Below are positions 58,331 to 64,000 of a stretch of DNA of 64,000 nt, piece by piece. The notes beneath the pieces are model-generated. The model worked only from the letters and a program-made list of their open reading frames with translations. It did not search any database and was not told the DNA's origin. Made by a program: the position numbers and the translations under genes. Positions within the stretch are counted from its first letter, which is position 1, and every line of letters starts with the position of its first letter. Source of the stretch: an uncultured delta proteobacterium (GTDB lineage Bacteria; Myxococcota_A; Polyangia; Haliangiales; Haliangiaceae); NCBI GenBank assembly GCA_963743525.1, contig CAVUQH010000003.1, positions 1,152,001-1,216,000 on the forward strand. The letters are read 5' to 3'.

Positions 58331-58753
58331 CAACGTTCGGCCGGCCACGGCGCGGATGCGGGCCGCGACGCTCGGCGGCGTGCGCGTCGGATCCGTACTT
58401 CGTCCGGGGCCAGAAGAAGCCGCGCAGGCCGTCGCCCTTGGTACGGGGCACGACGTGGACGTGCAGGTGGGGCACGCTCTGGCTCACGGTGTTGTTGATG
58501 GCGACGAAGCTGCCCTGGGCGCCCAGCGCCTCGACCATGGCCGCCGACAGCCGCTGCGCCCGCTCGAAGAACGGACCCACCGAGCTCGGCCGGCAGGTCG
58601 GCCAGGGTCTCCACGTGGTCGCCGGGGGACGAGCAGCACGTGGCCGGGAAAGAGCGGCCGCGATGTCGAGGAAGCCCACGGCCACGTCGTCGTCGAGCAC
58701 GACGTGCGCCGGAGCATCCCCGGCACGATCCGACAGAACACACACGAGGCCAT
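58310..58753 (-). CDS. HIT family protein (frameshifted)
   Basis: CVFC, GHVL, QSVPHLHVHVVPR. Confidence 0.9.
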
Positions 58754-58792
58754 GCCCGCATCCTGCCCGCTCGACCGGGTAGAGGGACGACC

Positions 58793-58926
58793 GTGGGTCG
58801 GCCAGTACCTACGTCCGCGACGTGTTCGCCTCCTTCAACAACGACTGGCTCGGCAACGCGGTCGTCGACGCCGGCGATCTCCGGGACGACCTCGCACCGT
58901 GGACACCCTCGGTGACCAGCACCTGA
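58793..58926 (+). pseudogene. possible DUF72-like C-terminal remnant
   Basis: DVFASFNNDWLGNAVVDAGDL resembles the DUF72 YFNND-x2-G-x-A-x2-DA tail. Confidence 0.4.
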
Positions 58927-59066
58927 GCAGGCCGCCACCACCATCCGCGTCCGCCGGCGCGCCCGGGGCCATCATCAAGAGCAGTGTTCGTCCGTTCCTT
59001 GGCACGACGACCCGGCCGAGTCCCGGCCCCGGCGATCAGCCGTGCCCTGCGCCCCCAGGAGGCTGC

Positions 59067-60485
59067 ATGACCCCGGACCCCGCACTCGTCGTCGACGCGC
59101 CCAGCGCACCGGTCGATCCCCTCGCCGGGCGAGCGCGACCACGCGGACCCAGGTGGTCCTGGACACGTCGGCACTCGTCGCGGACCCCGAGGGCGTGTTC
59201 CACGGCTACGAGGGCGAGGACCTGATCATCCCGCTCACGGTCATCGAGGAGCTCGACGGGCTGAAGAAGCGGCTCGACGCGGTGGGCATGGCGGCCCGCG
59301 ACGTCCTGCGCCGCATCGAGAAGGTGCGCATGGACGCCGGCGGCGACCTCGAGACGCGCCAGCCGCTGCCGGGCGGGGCCACCGTGCGGGTCGCCCTCAA
59401 CGGCGTGCAGACCGGCCTGCTCCGCGAGCACGGCCTCGACCCCGAGAAGCCCGACAACCGCATCATCGGCGCCGCCCTCGGCCAGCGCTCAGCCGGGCGG
59501 CCCCGACGTGCGCCTGGTGTCCAACGACACCGGCATGCGGGTCAAGGCGGCCACGTTCGGCCTCGGCCAGCGGCGAGCACGACCCGCTCGACGCCGCCCG
59601 CCGCACCGGCGACGAGGACCACGGGTGGCGCGAGCTCCAGGTCGAACCCGCCCTGGTCGACGCGCCTCTACGCCGGCGACCACAACCCGCCGGGCGCCGA
59701 CGTCGTCACCGCCGCGCTGCGCTGCAACGAGTTCGGCGTGCTCCACGCCGGCAGCCAGTCGGCGCTGGTCCGCCGCCGGCCCGACGGCCTGGCGCTGGTA
59801 CCCAACGACCACCACGCCTGGGACCTGCGGCCCCGCAACAAGGAGCAGCGCTTCGCGCTCGACCTGCTGCTCGACGACGACGTCAAGGTCGTCGCCCTCG
59901 ACGGTCCGGCCGGCACCGGCAAGACCCTCACCGCCGTCGCCGCGGCGCTCCAGCTCGTGGTCGAGGAACGGCGCTACTCACGCATCTGCGTGTACCGGCC
60001 GGTGGTCCCGTCGGCAAGGCCGACGTCGGCTACCTGCCCGGCACGCTCGACGAGAAGCTCGACCCGTGGATGGCGGCCATCACCGACGCCGTCGTACGCC
60101 CTCACCGGGCCCGACCCCAGCGGCGACCGCAACCGCGAGGACGCCACCGAGGTCCTCGACGAGATCCGGGCCCGTGGGCAGCTGACCATGGAGTCGGTGA
60201 CCCACCTGCGGGGCCGCACCCTGCACTCGAGCTTCGTGATCATCGACGAGTCGATGAACCTGTCGCCCCAGGTCGGCAAGACGATCCTCACCCGCATCGC
60301 CGCCGACTCCAAGGTGGTGTTCACCGGCGACACCAGCCAGATCGACGCCGCCTTCCTGTCCGAGCAGACCAACGCCCTCACCGCCCTGGTCGACCGCCTT
60401 CGCCGGCCAGCAGTGCTTCGGTCACGTCCGCCTGGTCCGGGGCGAGCGATCGCCGCTGGCCGAGCTCGCCGCCCGGCTGCTCTGA
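59067..60485 (+). CDS. PhoH2 (PIN-PhoH ATPase), frameshifted
   Basis: VLDTS, IEELD, DNRI, SND; GPAGTGKT, GYLPG, RGRT, DE, GD. Confidence 0.9.
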
Positions 60486-60625
60486 GGACATTCACCACAT
60501 TTTTCCCTCTCTCTGTACTCGCACCACTACCGGTAGTAGTGTTGTGGCCACCTGACCACGCGCAGTGCAGCCCGGTGCGCGTGGGCACGGGAACCGTCGA
60601 TCCGGAGAGTTTTGGGGAGAGGGCT

Positions 60626-60928
60626 GTGGACCACGACGTCATCGCATTGAGGAGCTGGGCGGGCCAGAACTGGATGGCCCGAGCCGAGTGCGCGGGGAAG
60701 ACGAGCCTGTTCTTCCCGCCGCTGGCCGAGCGCCCGCAGGCCCGGGCGCGCCGCGAGGCCAAGGCCGCCGAGCTGTGCCGGAACTGCCCGTCGCGGGTGC
60801 CGTGCCGCGACTACGCCCGCAACCACCGCGAGTTCGGGTTCTGGGGCGGCGAGAACGAGGAGCAGCGCACCCGCGCCGGCTTCCCCGTGCCCAACCCCAT
60901 CGGCGCCCGTCGCCGGGCTGCCAGCTGA
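60626..60928 (+). CDS. WhiB family regulator (WhiB3-like)
   Basis: Four Cys (C...CRNC...C), GFWGG. Confidence 0.9.
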   Translation: MDHDVIALRSWAGQNWMARAECAGKTSLFFPPLAERPQARARREAKAAELCRNCPSRVPCRDYARNHREFGFWGGENEEQRTRAGFPVPNPIGARRRAAS

Positions 60929-60995
60929 CCGGACCGGCGACGGACCCACCGGTCATCCGACCGACGGGCGTCACCGCTCCGTAGCATCCACCGAG

Positions 60996-61744
60996 GTGCC
61001 CGCGGACGACCACACCACGCCGAGCGATCCCGCCGAGGACGACCCCGGACGCCCGACGCGCCACGGCTGCCCACGCCCGAGGAGCTGTCCACCTACCGAC
61101 CGGCGCAGGACCTGTTCGTGGCCCTGCTCGACATCGTCTCCGAGGCCACGCTCGGTCGTCCGCTCCGGCCCCGGCTGAAGGTGACGCCCGCCGGCCTGCT
61201 CCGGGGCGAGGTCGACCTGGTCAAGATCGAGCTCCCGGCCTACGCGGTGGCCGGCCTCGTGGTCGACCGCTTCGTCGTGCGAGCCGAGCGCGTGCGGGTC
61301 GTGCCCGGCTTTCCGCCCACACTCGTGGCCGAACCCGTCGGTCTGCGGGCGGTCGTGTCGCAGGCCAACGTCGACCGCTGGACGCGCGACCTGCGTCTGC
61401 CGGTCCGGCTCCGCCTCACCGAGCAGGGCGTGGTGACCACGACGGGCATCGGGGGCATCCGCGTCACCGAGCTGGTCACCGAGCCGACCATCGCCGGCGG
61501 CTTCTTGAAGCTGCAACCACTGCGGGCCTCGATGCTCGGGGTGCCGGCACCGTTGCTCCGCTTCGTGCGCGGCTACCTGCCCCTGCCGCCGCTCCCCCGC
61601 AGCGCCAAGCTCGAGTCCGTCGACCCCAGCGATGGCGAGCTCACGCTGACCTTCCGCATCGAGCGCTTCGAGCAGCCGCTCACACCGGCGGTCACGTCCC
61701 GACTGCGCAACCTGCTCGACCTGCCGCTCCCTGGTCTGCGCTGA
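60996..61744 (+). CDS. hypothetical protein, possibly LmeA/DUF2993-like (frameshifted)
   Basis: ORF 61118-61744 plus upstream frame; LLRGEVDLV, LPPLP. Confidence 0.5.
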
Positions 61745-61832
61745 GCGACCGGCCCGTGCCGGAGGGGGATCCACCGCTGTCGGTCACAGGGTCCCTACGC
61801 TTCGATCAGCACGGACCAGGGGGTGTGACCGG

Positions 61833-62448
61833 ATGCGTCGCTTGCCGATCTACGGACTCGACATCGAGACCGACACGACGGTGGACGGGCTCGACCCGAG
61901 CGTGTCCCGCATCGTCGCCGTGGCCCTGTCCACCGACGTGCGACGAGCTGTTCGAGGGGCCCGAGGACGAGCTGCTCGCCGACCTCGACACCCGGCTCGC
62001 CGAGCTGCCCGCCGGCGTGATCGCCACGTGGAACGGCTCGGCGTTCGACCTGCCCTTCATCGCCGACCGGGCCGCTCGCTGGCGGCTCCGCCTCGGCCTG
62101 CACCTGGCCGCCGACCCGCGCATCCGGCACCGGCACGACCCGCTCCCCGGCCACGACCACTGCTACCGGGCCGGCTGGTACGGCCACCAGCACCTCGACG
62201 CCTACCGGGTGTACCGCGACGACGTCGGCCCCGCCCTGCGCATCTCGTGCTCGCTCAAGTCCATCGCCCGCTTCGTGGGGCTGGCGCCCATCGAGGTCGA
62301 CCGCGCCCGCATCCACGACCTGTCCCGCGAGGCGCTCCACGCCTACGCCGCCTCCGACGCCCGCCTGGCACGGGTACTCACCGAACGTCGGTGGACCACG
62401 GCGTCACGGCGCATCGACCAGCTGCCGCTCCACGCCGCCGCCGGCTGA
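61833..62448 (+). CDS. stand-alone DEDDy 3'-5' exonuclease (frameshifted)
   Basis: LDIET, WNGSAFDLPF, HLDAY, SLK, YAASD. Confidence 0.85.
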
Positions 62449-62487
62449 GCCGTTCACTTCGCCCACCTCTGGAGTTGTTCGCCCAGA

Positions 62488-63495
62488 TCAGCCCGGCACC
62501 AGTTCGCGCAGGGCCGAGCGCTGGGCGGGCGGCAGGCTGTTCCAGTCGTAGATCGATCCGCCGATGGCGGCCGTGTCCTCGAGTGCCCGTCGGAACGCGC
62601 CCAGGTCGTCGAGTGTGGTCTCGTCGCCGATGCCCCCGACCAGGTGGACCACGGCATCGGGTCGGCCCAGGTCGGCGCGCATCCGTCGCACCGACTCCTC
62701 GGTGTAGGGGTACGGGTCGCGGTAGCCGGAGTCGACCGTGCGGGTGGTCCAGTAGGCCATCGGGAGCCACACGTCGTAGTCGGCGTCGATCGCCCGCCAC
62801 GGGAACTGCGGCCAGTAGCCCGGGTTGATCACCTCGAGCTGGACGGCCGGCGGGACGATGGCGCCGAGCGCCTCGCCCGTGCGGGCATCTCGCAGCCGTC
62901 GCGACAGTTCGACCAGCCGCTGCGACCGCTCCTGGTCGTCGGGTACACCCTGGATGTACTCGATGTCGACGGCGACCCCGTCGAAGCGATGGCCGAACCG
63001 CGAGAACTCGGCCACCGCCGTCAGGCGGTCGAGATCGAGGTCGACATCCACGAACGTGGGCAGGTACCAGCCGACCACGTGCATGCCACGCGCGTGGGCC
63101 CGCACCAGGAACTCGGCCAGCAGGTCCTCCTCGAGGAGTCGACCGGGCGCCCGGTCGTCGGGGCGTGACGCCTGCAGGTACACCGTGCGCACGCCCAGGT
63201 CGGCCCACTGATCGACGGCGTCTGGGGTCACGGCGGGCGCCGCACCCGACTGGTACGAGGGCGAGAAGTCGAACGCGTCGACCCACACGCCCAGGCCGCC
63301 GTAGACGGCCACGTTGCGCGGCGCGGGCTGCTCGGCGCGCAGGAGCCCCATCAGGACACCGGCGGCCTCGGTGTGGGGCTGGTCGTCACCGCCGCCGGCC
63401 GACGCCACCACCAGCCGGAGACCGAAACCGACCAGGAAGACACCGATGCACGCCACCCAGAACCCACGGGGCACCTTGGCGTCGGCGGTGGACAT
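62488..63495 (-). CDS. membrane-anchored TIM-barrel glycoside-hydrolase-like protein
   Basis: Intact; N-terminal TM, VVGWYLP, AVDIE, PMAYW. Confidence 0.6.
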   Translation of the reverse strand: MSTADAKVPRGFWVACIGVFLVGFGLRLVVASAGGGDDQPHTEAAGVLMGLLRAEQPAPRNVAVYGGLGVWVDAFDFSPSYQSGAAPAVTPDAVDQWADLGVRTVYLQASRPDDRAPGRLLEEDLLAEFLVRAHARGMHVVGWYLPTFVDVDLDLDRLTAVAEFSRFGHRFDGVAVDIEYIQGVPDDQERSQRLVELSRRLRDARTGEALGAIVPPAVQLEVINPGYWPQFPWRAIDADYDVWLPMAYWTTRTVDSGYRDPYPYTEESVRRMRADLGRPDAVVHLVGGIGDETTLDDLGAFRRALEDTAAIGGSIYDWNSLPPAQRSALRELVPG

Positions 63496-63543
63496 GCCGG
63501 GCGACGGTACCCGCAGGCGTGACGCGCCAGCGCGCGCCGGGAA

Positions 63544-63984
63544 TCAAGCGATGGAGATGCGACCGGGCCAGAACGCGCCCAGGTGCTGGGCGAACTCGGC
63601 GTGCGACGGACCGGCCGTCTCCAACGCCGTGAGCACACCGTGGAGCATGGCCCGGTAGAAGTCGTCACCGTCCTCGCGCACCAGCGGCAGGCCGGTGCGG
63701 GCCCGGCACTCGGTCAGCGCCGTCACGACCCGCTGGAGGGCGTGGAGGTGGTACTCGAGCTCTTCGGGCGCCAGCTCGGCTTCCCAGAGGAACAGTCCGT
63801 CGCGTGGAGCGGCGTCGCGGGCGCAGCGCTCCCACGAGGCCAGGTAGCCCTCGAAGATCTCGCGCACCTCGGGCGTGAAGCAGTCGCCGGGGGCACCCCG
63901 GGCGAACTCGTCCAGAACGCCCCACGCGTGGCTCAGCCACGCGGTGGCGCAGGTGGTTGCCACGGGTCCGATGACCACTCGCAC
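63544..63984 (-). CDS. hypothetical protein
   Basis: Intact 146-aa ORF with GC3 bias. Confidence 0.6.
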   Translation of the reverse strand: MRVVIGPVATTCATAWLSHAWGVLDEFARGAPGDCFTPEVREIFEGYLASWERCARDAAPRDGLFLWEAELAPEELEYHLHALQRVVTALTECRARTGLPLVREDGDDFYRAMLHGVLTALETAGPSHAEFAQHLGAFWPGRISIA

Positions 63985-64000
63985 GCCGCGACGTTTGCAC

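Noticed and set aside
59042..60928. PhoH-WhiB fusion ORF
   Set aside because: PhoH2 ends at 60485 in another frame, and the ORF runs through an intergenic leader.

Overview
High-GC actinobacterial chromosomal DNA, most consistent with Acidimicrobiia (F420/mycothiol enzymes, WhiB, WS/DGAT, Gram-positive SOS boxes). Many conserved genes carry 1-2 nt indels that look like long-read or metagenome consensus errors, so genes were rebuilt across frames and the ends of frameshifted genes are approximate. The window has about 70 CDSs: lipid, glycogen and polyP metabolism; a Lrp-phhA-hppD-fahA-hmgA Phe/Tyr catabolic operon; an imuA'-imuB-(hydrolase)-dnaE2 mutasome; alkB; a MazEF-type TA pair; two sensor kinases with two stand-alone receivers; gpsA/cofC; PhoH2; WhiB. 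No rRNA, tRNA, CRISPR or transposase was seen. Main observations: (1) a split, order-reversed ArgZ/AgrE-like arginine dihydrolase plus ornithine cyclodeaminase pair; (2) two 48-nt TTC...GAA palindromes inside hmgA and imuB; (3) two DNA-damage regulons readable from the sequence, namely three LexA boxes and PafBC/RecA-NDp-type promoters, one in front of an uncharacterised 61-aa ORF; (4) a TA islet flanked by a degenerate direct repeat; (5) a CarH-like B12 regulator directly upstream of the mutasome.
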